NCBI GenBank assembly: GCA_951406725.2
Contig: OX597818.1
Location: 47,120,001 to 47,184,000 of the forward strand
Direction of reading: 5' to 3'
Length of the DNA stretch: 64,000 bases
DNA from: Octopus vulgaris
Lineage: Eukaryota
Shown one piece after another: positions 38,271-49,839 of this stretch (its first letter is position 1; each line of letters begins with the position of its first letter). The position numbers were made by a program, and so were the translations under genes. The notes beneath the pieces were generated by a model that was not told where the DNA came from, made no database searches, and saw nothing but the letters and a program-made list of their open reading frames with translations.

Positions 38271-38416
38271 CTCCAACAGCTGTTTCTGGAGGCTTGGAAT
38301 TACACAATAGTTGTAATGTTGGCACATGGCGTGTGCACGAAGTCAAAGATATACAACCTGTAGTGGAGTCATGTAAACACTGTCATAAAGGTGGCCTCCA
38401 TCCTCAGGGTGGAAAG
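38271..38416 (-). ncRNA. Hammerhead-like motif with intact core and ~100-nt loop II
   Basis: Minus strand: CTGAGGA(38407-38401), TGGAGGC...GCCTCCA 7-bp stem II, GAAAC, AGCT, GTT. Stem I is imperfect (CACC/GGAG). Confidence 0.5.
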
Positions 38417-38487
38417 TTTGCCAACTAATTGCTAATTTTTACAACTATTTGCCAATCTTTCCACATTGAAGGTGTACAATGGTGATG

Positions 38488-38820
38488 GTGGTGACCCCCT
38501 TCGGTCAGACACTGACCATGGGTTTGCACCTAGAGAGTTACCCTCTGAGGCACAAGTCTGGGCAAGGTTGTTTTATGGAAGACCAGCAGTCGCCCATGCA
38601 TACCGGCCTCCCCTCTCCACGTCACCGATGTTGTCCAAGGGAAAGGCAAGGGCCGATACAGCTTGGCACCTGTGACGTCGCAACTCATTTCTACAGCTGA
38701 GTGGACTGGAGCAATGTGAAATAAAGTGTCTTGCTCAAGAACACAACACGCAGCCTGGTCCGGGATTCGAGCTCACAACCTCACGATCGTAAGCTCGACG
38801 CTCTAACCACTGAGCCACGC
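38488..38820 (-). mobile_element. SINE family E (D-like tRNA/CORE head + distinct tail); older copy at 57165-57490
   Basis: Minus head gcgtggctcagtggttagagcg...ctcgaatccc; tail shared with 7719-7912. Confidence 0.75.
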
Positions 38821-39439
38821 GTACAATAAGGTGTACAATAATGTCTACATATATGCACTACTGGTTGCGTATCTTTAACCTTTTGTACACTCCAGCTGCT
38901 AGTATTACAACATTAGCTAAATATTCTATTTGTGACATTGGTTTACTGATCTTGACCAGAGCCTTTAACTGCTTTGGTTGTGGGTCCTTTTATAATCTTC
39001 AGTGGCCCTTGTTCAGTATTGTTGGTGAATGCTTTGTAGGATTCAGTTTCTCCAATCAGGTCATCATTGCTGCTTCTGCACATAGTGACTTTCAGCCTAG
39101 TATTAAATTACTTGAGCATGCAGCTCTCCTGCTTGCCAGTTCTGATCAAACTGTGCAGCCCATACTAGCATGGGAAATGGACAGTAAAGGATGATGATGG
39201 TGATCCCCCCCCCCCACTCTCTCTCTCAAACACACACACACGTTTATCAATGCTTGTTTTTATGTCAAGTTATATATAAAAACAATTTAATATTAAGCAG
39301 AATACATTACTGAATACATTTTTGTTGAATTTATATATATATATTCATATAATAGCAATAATAATATTAGGGAGTATAACTCCAAACTTACAGGGAAAAA
39401 TTCAATTTAGTATTAAATCAAATTTCACAATATAAATAT

Positions 39440-39753
39440 ATAATATATATAAATTAGAGAAAAACCACTATTATGCAATTCAAGCAATGATAGACAAAAA
39501 CCAAATCATAAATGAAAAATAAAATGTATTATAAAACATATAACTAGATCACAAAAAGTACAAAAAATGAATAAACAATATATAATAAGTAATAAGTATA
39601 TAATAAGTATTATAGATATATTATTATAAATATTATATATTGTTTATTCATTTTTTGTACTTTTTGTGATCTGTTTTATGATATATTTTATTTTTTCTTT
39701 ATGATTAGGTTTGTCTATCATTGTTTGAATTACATAATAGTGGTTTTTCTCTA

Positions 39754-39765
<12 letters not shown>
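39440..39765. repeat. Long imperfect AT-rich inverted repeat (~145-bp arms)
   Basis: aaattagagaaaaaccactattatg...gatcacaaaaagtacaaaaaatgaataaacaatat mirrored on the right arm. Confidence 0.85.
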
Positions 39766-39805
<40 letters not shown>

Positions 39806-40134
39806 GAAATTTACAGACAAACAAAAGACAAAAACAGGTTTATGAACAACAATCAAATGTATTAGTTTGACACTTGGGAAAGTGAGAAAGTCTTTTGTTT
39901 CCAGTCTGTGCTCTTCAACAGAAAGGAACAAGAGGAAATAAACAGAGAGTGAATAAAAAAAACTTGTGGATTTAGCAGATCAATCATGGCAACTCATACA
40001 AGAAGTGGGATGTCAGTGATTTCAATGTTTTTGGTTGGTAGCCTTTATTAGACAGTCCAGTGAAGGCTGGCAGGTCAAAAATTCGAAGTTACTGTCACCC
40101 TACATCTTGTAAAAGTTAAACATATATATATATA

Positions 40135-40340
40135 TACTTTATTTCAAAGCAGCAGAAATTCAACAAAACCTGTTACTCTGAGTTTCATGTTCCTGTTCGT
40201 CGGACAGTTTTTGTAACAACTCAGAGTAACAAGTTTTGTTGAATTTCTGCTGCTTTGAAATAAAGCATATTACTCTACCCCTGGTATTTGAGTACTCTTT
40301 TTTCCACCTTGTTTCACATTTATGTGTTTACTCCGGTATA
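40135..40340. mobile_element. Penelope-like terminus with inverted arms and hammerhead-like motif (40166-40212, minus)
   Basis: Arms ~40138-40184 / 40218-40266; flanked by (TA)n; same family as 27170-27450. Confidence 0.55.
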
Positions 40341-41222
40341 TATATATATAATTATTATTTGAGGGAATAAAATCCAAACTTACAATAATTAATTTTCTAG
40401 ATGGTGTAATTTAATTATTCATTTTGAATTGATAAAAGGTGTTTTTTTTCTAATATTTTATATATATATATATATATAGAACTGAAAATGCAGTATACTA
40501 AATTTAAAGTGTTGAAATGTACACTACAACTAGGGGGTCATGTTATAGTACTAGCAATGGGAATCAGACATTTAATTTTTCAGCTGGGTTTGCTGTCATT
40601 CTCAGTTTGGGCCCCTGAATACATGAGTGATAAATATCAACTCAAATTGTGTAATGGCTAAATAAATACCTTAATCTTCTATACCATATGATTTCTTGCC
40701 CTTACAAAAAGTCACTAATGTTAAAATTTGCATATGGGACGAGAGAAAGGGGATTATTGTCTTAATGTAAACAATTAATCTAAAAGTATAAAAAGAGCTG
40801 TAATGATTGGGTTAATTTTTATGAAAGACAAGTAGAAAGTTGATGGTTCTTTTTTTCCTGTGTTTTGATATCAATTTCATGACTGCCTCCTTTTATTTTT
40901 GTTTTAATAAAGGATATGATACATAAAAAGCACTCATGCTAGTTCCACATGAAAACATCTGTGCCAGTGCCACATAAAAAGCAGTTATGCTAGTGCCACG
41001 TAAAAAAGCACCCAGTCCACTCTCTAAAGTGGTTGGCATTAGGAAGGGCATCCAGCCATAGAAATAATGCCTAAACAGACAGTTGGAGACTGGTGCAGCT
41101 CTCAGGGTAGCCATCTCCTGTCAAACTGTCCAACCCATGCCAGCATGGAAAACAGACATTAAATGATGTATGATAGAAAAAAATCTTCAGAAATTTCTGA
41201 TTTTGTTTAATTTCTTTTCCAG

Positions 41223-41346
41223 GTTGTTATTCTTGATTTGGATAGGAAACATTTTGTAAGTAATATTGGTGATGAATCCAGCATTTTACCCAAGAAAATC
41301 CAAAAAGCCTTGAGATCTGCACTAGATTCTGCCCGTAATGATATTG
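41223..41346 (+). CDS. DENND2: DENND2-family exon (VVILDLDRKHFVSNIGDESSILPKKIQKALRSALDSARNDI)
   Basis: AG/GTATGA, phase 0->1. DExxxLPxKxQxAL motif. Confidence 0.94.
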
Positions 41347-42317
41347 GTATGAGCTTCTTTTAAGTCATACGTTAAAAGATTAATAATCTGAACATTGAAA
41401 TAAATTGTAGACAATTTGTATATGTAAAAAACAGAAAGATTTACTTCATATAACAGCAGACATTAACATTATATATTCTGCTCTTTCTATTGTCTGGTGT
41501 CTCTCAGTGAAATATGTCTCTAATTAAGTCTTTATATTTATTAAAAACATAAATATAGTTTTGGGTTAATTATTCTCTTTCCTCTTCAGCTGGGGTAGCC
41601 ATGTATCTCTTCTTTAGCAAGACACCTATTTCTGTCTTTTTATCATTCTTAAACCTTTCATTACCTGATACAAAACCACCTCCTTCAATATTACCCAACC
41701 CACCTCAGTTGAGGGGTCTTGTCTTGCAAGTTACTTGGTTGACCTCATTGATGCTGGTGCCATGTAAAAAGCAGCCAGTACACTCATCTTTGCCCAAATA
41801 TTCTGTAGAATGCAGAATTCTATTATCTCCCTTACCTTGAGTTACATGTCCGCCTACTCCTTCCTCTTTCTCTCCCACCTCCTAACACATTTAAGATTTA
41901 GCAGTTAGAAAGAAACTGTCCATCTGTAACTCATTTAAATATATGAAGAAAAGCAAACAATAACGACAAATGTAAATATATTTTGTTATACTTAAGGATA
42001 GTTATCTTTCGCCAATTAAATACATGCACTGTTTATTTGATGTTCACTTCAGCTTTATTGTTTTTTTTTTTACTTTATTTGTCAAAGTTCTTTCATTACA
42101 CATTCTGTGACCTATCCAGTGTCTCTCTGCACCACATGTTTCCTCTTGTCCTACCTATTTCATTTTGTCTTTCTGATGATGATATAGTATGTGTCCCTAT
42201 CTGTGCATGCATTTACATCTGTGCCTGTGCAGTATGTGTGTTTTGCATGTGTGTGTATGGGTTTGTATATTACACCATTTGTACATGCCTTTTTTTTTTA
42301 ACAAATAAACTAATAAT

Positions 42318-43016
42318 AATCCTTTCTACTATAGGCACACGGCTTGAAATTTTAGTGGGAAGGGGTTAGTGGATTACATCAACCCCCAGTGCTCAGCTGG
42401 TACATATTTCATCGACCCCGAAAGGATGAAAGGCAAAGTTGACCTCAGCAGAATTTGAACTCAGAACATAAAGATGGATGAAATGCTGCTAAGCATTTTG
42501 CCTGGCATGCCAATGGTTCTGCCAGCTTACCATCTTGACTGATGAATATGATGATGATGATGATGATGATAATCCTTTCTGTCACAAGGCCTGGAATTTT
42601 GGGGGAGGTGTTAAGTCGATTACATCGACCCTAGTACTCAACTGGTACTTAATTTATTGACCCCGAAAAGATGAAAGGCAAAGTCAACCTTGGCAGAATT
42701 TGAACTCAGAACATAGTGATGGGCGAAACACCACTAAGCATTTTGTCCAGCATGCTAACGATTCTGCCAGCCTGCCACCTTAATAAAATTAATAATAATA
42801 ATAATGATTTTAAATTTTTGCCACAAGGGCAGCTTGGGGAAGAGGATTAAGTCGATTACATCAACCCCAGTGTGTAACTGGTACTTATTTAATCGACCTC
42901 AAAAGGATGAAAGGCACAGTTGACCTCGGCAGAATTTGAACTCAGAAGGTAGCAACAAGCAGAATACCACTAAGCATTTCATCTGGTCTGCTAATGATTC
43001 TGCCAGCTCACTGCCT
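42318..43016 (-). mobile_element. Three head-to-tail SINE family B copies
   Basis: Copies at ~42318-42534, 42571-42780 and 42815-43016, separated by (GAT)n and (TAA)n. Confidence 0.8.
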
Positions 43017-43025
43017 TAATAATAA

Positions 43026-43460
43026 CTAGCACTGTGACTCGGCAACGCTGGGTCATAGTGCTAGTGCATGCATATACAGCTGCATGAGTGCACACATACA
43101 CTTGAGTACTGTTCAAATCTCCGACCAATCACATACAGCTAGCTGGCATTCAATTGGCGTATCAAGTTTCAGGCATTTTGATTGGGTTTGGGATAGAAAA
43201 TTCACAAAAAGGTCACTTCAACTGGCGTATCAAGTTTCGGGCATTTTGATTGGGTTTTGGATAGGAAATTCACAAAAAAGTCACTTCTATTGATTTTTAA
43301 TGGCCTTGCGGGGTGACTGGGGAAATGTAAAGATGTGGACGACCACCCTTGGACGGTTTTGAATGACCATAGAAAGTGCGAGCCCTCTAACTGAAAAATT
43401 GTGGATTTGTATAAAGGACACACACATAGACAGACATTTTGCCATTTATATATAGAGAGA
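43026..43460 (-). mobile_element. Helitron-like element copy 2 with internal duplication
   Basis: Matches 29452-29831; block tggcgtatcaagtttc.ggcattttgattggg...aattcacaaaaa.gtcacttc is repeated. Confidence 0.7.
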
Positions 43461-43787
43461 TAATAATAATAATAATGATGATGATAATAATAAAGTGAAG
43501 CTCAAATAGTGTGTGTGTTTAATTGGCAAAAAGATGACCATTTGCAAGTATAACACATATCTGTTTCAACACATGATTTTACATCAAGAAACTTGCAAAA
43601 ACGAATACATAGATGTAAATATATATTTATTAATAATTAGCAACAGATTGAAGTGTCAGTAATTAAGCAACCTAATATTCTTCTTGGATTTGTACAGAAA
43701 GTTTATTTAATATTTCCTTTTATGAAATGTTATATTTGAACATTTCTACGTGTTTTGCTCATCATTTGTTTTTCCCTTTTCCTTTAG

Positions 43788-43906
43788 AAACTGAAGGGTC
43801 AAAGAACCTCATGATTTCTGAAGCTTTTCTTCGTTTATTTGTTGAAATGGTTGGTCATACAGAATCCTACATTCTCACCCAACAAAATGGAGAAAAAGTT
43901 TTTCAG
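43788..43906 (+). CDS. DENND2: DENND2-family exon (ETEGSKNLMISEAFLRLFVEMVGHTESYILTQQNGEKVFQ)
   Basis: AG/GTAACA, phase 1->0. SEAFxRxFVExVGH dDENN motif. Confidence 0.95.
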
Positions 43907-43970
43907 GTAACAAATTATATTTGAATATCTTTTGGAAAAAAAAAAAAAAAAAATTGGTGTTTGCTGGAAT

Positions 43971-44130
43971 GTTGTTCGGTTCAACTGGGGTCTGGAAAGC
44001 CAGAAGGCTGCACCAGGCCCAGTCTGATCTGGCAATGTTTCTAAGGGCATCCGGCCGTAGAAACATTGCCAGATCAGACTGGGCCTGGTGCAGCCTTCTG
44101 GCTTTCCAGACCCCAGTTGAACCGAACAAC
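43971..44130. repeat. Perfect 73-bp inverted repeat (14-nt loop) made from a family F tail
   Basis: 43971-44043 is the exact reverse complement of 44058-44130. Confidence 0.95.
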
Positions 44131-44781
44131 CCATGCTAGCATGGAAAGCAGACACTAAACCATGATGATGATGATGATATAGAAATAAACAGAGTGCAGA
44201 TGTGGCTGTCTGGTTGAGAAGTTTGTTTCCCAACCTTGTGGTCTTGGGTTCAGATCTACTGCAGAATATGTGACTTCTACTACAGCACCCAGGCTGACCA
44301 ATACCTTGTGAGTGAATTTGGTAGACAGAAACTGAAACAAGCCTGTTGACACCACTTAAGAAGCACTTATGCCAGTGCCACATAAAAAGCACCTGTGTGC
44401 GAGTGCCATGTACAAAAGTACCTGTGCTGGTGTCACATAAAAGCACCCAGTATATTCTGTAAAGTGGTTGGCATTAGGGAGGGCATCCAACCATAGAAAC
44501 CATACCAAACTGACAACTGGGTCTGGTGGGGCCTGCCAGCTTGCCAGCATCATGGAAAATGAATGTTAAATGTTATTTTTTCTAAAAAAAATATGAAACA
44601 CATTCCCAAAAGTATAGGTATAGTATGTTTGCCGTGAAAAAAACATTCAGTAGAGTGGTTGGAAAGCAAACTTCTCAATTACACAGCCATGCCTAAAATG
44701 AAAATGCTGAAGATGAATTTTATTTTGTTTGTCATAATTTTATTTTTCATATTTTGTTTTTTTTTTCTTTTCTTTTTTCAG

Positions 44782-44902
44782 AAAGAACAATTTATTCGGA
44801 GTGTGAATTCAAAAAGCATCCGTAAATTCCTAGAATGGTTCTCGGAAACACAGATGTTTGATGTGTTCAAACACTCCCTCTTAGAAAGATCTAGTTCATT
44901 AG
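44782..44902 (+). CDS. DENND2: DENND2-family exon (KEQFIRSVNSKSIRKFLEWFSETQMFDVFKHSLLERSSSL)
   Basis: AG/GTAAGA, phase 0->1. SKSIRxFLExFxETQMF dDENN motif. Confidence 0.95.
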
Positions 44903-45604
44903 GTAAGACAAATTTATCATTAAGAAGATGAAAAAAAATCTTTTATTAACCCTTTGCTTGTCCAAAACATTTTCATGAGTTTGTCCTAAACATCAGTGCT
45001 TGTTTTCCAACTTTTAGTTAGCCCTTGTTTTATACATTCCAAGTAACATAAGGGCTTTCCTTTCATAAGTCACAAAATACTTTGGTAGTTGAAAAAATAT
45101 TGGGAATGTGTATCATATGTGATACATGGACCTTAGGGAAATATATCCTTGTTATACATAGAGCAGGCAAAGGGTTCAGAATCAAAGGACCTTTAGCTGA
45201 CATACTATTACTATTTTCATGTTCATGTCAGAGAGGAATTGTTAATAAAGTGTTAATTTTGTAAATAGCCATGTATGTACCATACATAATATATATATAC
45301 AGTTGATAGGCCAGTTACTCTAGCATTTGTCCTGAGGTAACATCTCGCGTGGACTTGTGTTAAAAACAATAAATATCAGAAAGCTTGTTAAAAAATATCT
45401 ATTAGTAACAGAGGCAGTGTTACCAAGAAGTAATATTTATCCCAACTGCAGTAGATACCAAGAGAGAAACTCTCATATTGGCTTTTGGTGCAAAATGCAC
45501 TCTTATTTATATTGCTAGCAGGGAGATAAATATCTGCCACCTTCAGCACCAAGACCACCAGATTTTGACATTCCTTCTCCCCGCTATCAATGTAATAAAC
45601 AAAA

Positions 45605-46020
45605 GGCGGTGAGCTGGCAGAAATGTTAGCACGCTGGGTGAAATGCTTAGCGGTATTTCGTCTGCTGTTACTTTCTGAGTTCAAATTCTGCTGGGGTCGA
45701 CTTTGTCTTTCATCATTTTGGGGTCGATAAATTAAGTACCAGTTACGCACTGGGGTTGATGTAATTGACTTAATCCCTTTGTCTGTCCTTGTTTGTCCAC
45801 TCTACGTTTAGCCCCTTATGGGCAAGTAAAGAAATAGGTATTTCGTCTGCCGTTACGTTCTGAGTTCATATTCCACCAGGGTCAATTTTGCCTTTCGTCC
45901 TTTCGGGGTTGATAAATTAAGTACCAGTTATGCACTGGGGTCAATCTAATCAACTTAATCCCTTTTTCTGTCCTTGTTTGTCCCCTCTATGTTTAGCCCC
46001 TTATGGGCAATAAAGAAATA
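45605..46020 (+). mobile_element. Tandem SINE family B dimer (second unit 5'-truncated)
   Basis: Units at 45605-45836 and 45837-46020. Confidence 0.8.
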
Positions 46021-46269
46021 ATGAACAAGAGTGTATTTTACACCAAAAACCCAATATTGAAGTTTTTCTCATGGTAACTACCACAACATAATTTGTTCTA
46101 ATAGGACATCCATGTTTAAGTGAGGATAAATATTCTTTTCTACTCTAGGCACAAGGCTTGAAATTTTTAGGGAGTGGGGGGCCAGTCAATTTGATCAATT
46201 TCAATATGCAACTGGTACTTAATTTATCAACCCCTCTTGATACCAGAGAGAGGCGAAAACTCCTCTCAA

Positions 46270-46572
46270 TAGCAACCAGCTGATACGATCAATGGAACAG
46301 CTTTGTTTGTAAAATTAACGTGCAAGTGACTGAGCACTCCACAAACACGTGTACCCTTTAAAGTAGTTCTCAAGGAGATTCAGCATGACACAGAGTGTGA
46401 CAAAGCTGACCCTTCGAAATACAGGTACTACTCATTTTTGTCAGCTGAGTGGATTGGAGCAATGTGAAATAAAGTGTCTTGCTCAAGGGCACAATGCGTC
46501 GCCAGGAATTGAGCTCATGACCTTATGATCATGAGCCAAATGCTCCTAACCACTAAGCCATGCGCCTTCACA
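46270..46572 (-). mobile_element. Chimeric SINE: D-like head + C tail
   Basis: 46572-46430 matches the D/E head; 46428-46270 matches the C tail. Confidence 0.7.
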
Positions 46573-47183
46573 TTGTAAAGCATACATAAGGAGAGTTTAC
46601 GAAAAAAACAAAAGACGAAGACAGATGGTTTAGAAAACAAACAGATGTATTAGTATAATGCTCAGGAATAGAAAAAGTCTTTTACGTTTTGAGCCTACGC
46701 TCTTCTATAGAAAGGGACACAGAAAAAACACGGAGAGAAAAAATTGTGTGTAGTGGCTAATGATCTATCATGGCGACTGATACATAAAATGATCAAATGA
46801 GTGGAATGTTTCATAGGGAAATTTTTGACTTTTCATTATTTTCCATGTTGGATGGTTTGACAGGAATTGGTAAGCCAGAGTGCTGAACTGGGCTTCACTG
46901 TCTGTCTTGGCTTGGTTTCTACAGTTGGATACTCTCCCTAATGCCAAACTCTTCACAGAGTGGACCAAGTGCTTTTTACATGGTACCACCACCATTGAGA
47001 TCTGTTTTGATACGATTCCTATTACAAGATGCCCTTCCTAACGTCAGCTACTTTACAGAGTGTGCCGGGCGCTTTTTTAGATGTTTTTTTCTTCTTTTAT
47101 TTCTATTTATCATTTTTGTTTTGATGTCCAAAATCTTTTTCTAACACCACTTTTCCCCCCCTCTGTTTCTTTTTCTTTTCTAG

Positions 47184-47314
47184 AATTGTTTTTAACACGG
47201 GTCTATGAACACTCCAATGATAGTTCAACTGCTGGTATGAAAAGTAATGTGAAGGATTTAGGGAAGAAAATGAAGAATTTTGGGAAAGCCTTAAAAACAA
47301 AGTTCTACACATGA
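47184..47314 (+). CDS. DENND2: DENND2-family terminal coding exon (ELFLTRVYEHSNDSSTAGMKSNVKDLGKKMKNFGKALKTKFYT*)
   Basis: Pyrimidine tract + AG, phase 1, TGA at 47312-47314. LFxxR and LGxKMK resemble the vertebrate ST5/DENND2 C-terminus. Confidence 0.88.
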
Positions 47315-48546
47315 TATTTCTTCATAAATGTCTTAATCTGTTGTTCCTGAATCCTGATTTTTGAATCTCTATGTTATTACAATACCATAATAATTGGTCT
47401 GTAGTCCGGCAGCTTATCATGAACCTTGGTTCATTTGATATCTAATCAGAAGTATGATACTGTTGAAAAATGCTCGCGGTAAAATTTTTTTTTATTTTTT
47501 ATTTATTCTCCATACAAATATTTTTGTTATCGTTCTAGATGACAGTTAAAAATTGCTATCATTCCAAACAAGTAATTGGAATATTGCTAAAATCTGAATT
47601 TATAAAATTTTGCTGCTTTGCATTTTTTTTTTCTTTGTCATGTCCAAAAAAAAAAAAAAAAAAATGTATGAGTTACCTCTCTTGTTCTCTCTTGCTTATT
47701 TTAAAAACAACAAAAAAAATTTGTTCAAAATTTTGTTCAAAATTTGAGAGAGGTTGGGCACTGTTTGAAATCAATGCAACTATTTTATTTAAGAAGGAAA
47801 AGAAAAGTATTATCTCATTTTTGAAATTTTTTCCACTATTTCAATTAATTTCTTGAAGCTGTTGTAAAAATTCTTAAATTCTTGGCCTGCAAGTGAGAGA
47901 GTAATTCTATAATGTCGAAGGAATCTGAAACAATGCTGACTCTGTTGACAATAGTTCTGTTTCAAAACCTAACTATGCAACAAAATAACAAGGCAGCTTA
48001 AAAGTCAGTGCCAAAACAATAAATACTGCTTTTGGTTTAGATGTAAAACATGCCGTGATATGAATCTGAGGGAAGATATGACAAAGCACTACACGAAAAA
48101 AAGCCATTAAGTTCAAACACAATTTGATTATTGGATTTTATTTTGTTTTTCTCTATCCATATTTAATTAAGGGAAACTTATTGTTTCCCCCCTTTTATTT
48201 TTTAAACGTTCATATTTTTAGCATGCCTTTTATATTAATACCTTAAGGAAATATCTGTTTCTTTCCATAGGTTTTAGTGGAAAGTTTGAATCCAACATGA
48301 CAAAGTCGTATAAGATTTGTCAGTTATATAGCGCTTCTGCTGATTGAAGCAGCAGAGACAGTATCAGCTTTAAAGTAAGCCTTAAGCTTTAAATTTTTAT
48401 AGTATTTATTCACAGCTTGGTAGACTGGGTCTTTGGCAAGGATGCAGTGCAGCACGAGCAGTATGTCAATATCTATAATAATTTGGCTAGTTTTATCTTT
48501 TGGTTTTCTTCATTTCTCATACATCAAAATCATTTGAAAATAGTGG

Positions 48547-48625
<79 letters not shown>

Positions 48626-48680
48626 TGCTCTATGTGGAACATAAGAAAGGAGTGCTCAATACTTGTTGTAGAGGGTATGG

Positions 48681-48845
48681 TTATTTTATTGAAACTGAGT
48701 ATTTGTCTTGCAACTTGAGTTCCAAACTACTGCAATCTTCAGCCGAGACAATAGTAAGTATTGTGATAAATCCTCACCTGAAGATCGCAATGGCATGAAA
48801 CTCAAGTTGTGAGACAGACTCCTAGCTTCAATTTCAATAAAGAAA
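48681..48845. mobile_element. Penelope-like inverted termini, each with a hammerhead-like relic
   Basis: Arms 48681-48750 / 48771-48845. Plus arm reads CTCAC-CTGAAGA-TCGCAATGGCAT-GAAAC-TCAA-GTT-GTGAG, then AATAAA. Confidence 0.55.
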
Positions 48846-48937
48846 CTGTGTGTGTATATATATATATATATATAAAGTAAATGTCAAACAATGAGAATGA
48901 ATGCTCAACAACACATTGGTGGATAAAGATCCTTTAT

Positions 48938-49158
48938 TTGTGTATTAAGGCTACCAGTGGTTTCATGTTAAGAAAATATCTTGATATCTTAACAATTTTA
49001 AGAGCCGATCACATGGAGGAATAGTGCTCATCTCCATTTCGGATTAAAACATTTTAGATGAAAATGGAGACAAACACCATTCCTCCATGTGATCAGCTTG
49101 AAAAATTAAGATATTAAGATATTTTCTTAACATGAAAACAATGGTACCCTTCATACAC
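48938..49158. repeat. Imperfect ~220-bp palindrome
   Basis: tttcatgttaagaaaatatctt...gatcacatggagga mirrored by tcctccatgtgatc...aagatattttcttaacatgaaa. Confidence 0.85.
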
Positions 49159-49789
49159 TATATATATATAGACATACTGTATGTGTATATGTGTATTCTT
49201 TAGTGCATAAGTTGGTGATAAACTATTGGTGAAATAATTTTGCAACTGTATAGATATTTTCATTGAAGCCAAGTTAATTTTAATTATGTTGTTAATACAT
49301 TTAGTAAGGCATGACTTAGTAAAATATCATTTCCTTCCTTATAAATGTAAAACTTTGTGCCTATATAAGAAATCAATAACATTTCAGTTTTTTTTTTCCC
49401 CCAATTTTGATGAAGGTTGAATGCCTCTTCATTATCAATAATTACATATGCCTTGATGCAAATATTTTAATAATTATTATTGTAGCATAAAGTAGTGTAG
49501 ATATATCTTAGTAAGTTAAGTTGTGTAATGTTTCCTATCAAAAGAGACGATATATTGGAATGATTCGAAACAACATCTATTCTATCATTTGAGTCACCAT
49601 TGCTTCTTTGTATCTCTTCCATGCAATTACACACGTTAATGTAATTTTCGAATCTTTATGTTTGTTTTGGTTAATCGTGGCTTAAGATAAGTCAACAAAA
49701 ACATGTCAGCTATGATTCTTTAGTTGAATATTCTCTGGTTGAAATCCAGAGAAAAATAACAGATCAGTATTCTTTTGGTAGTGTGTGTA

Positions 49790-49839
<50 letters not shown>

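Noticed and set aside
43835-44446. 203-aa minus-strand ORF
   Set aside because: Chance read-through across SINE, family F and exon-antisense sequence.
48018-48023. Poly(A) signal AATAAA for DENND2
   Set aside because: The hexamer is common in this AT-rich DNA and cannot be assigned without transcript data.
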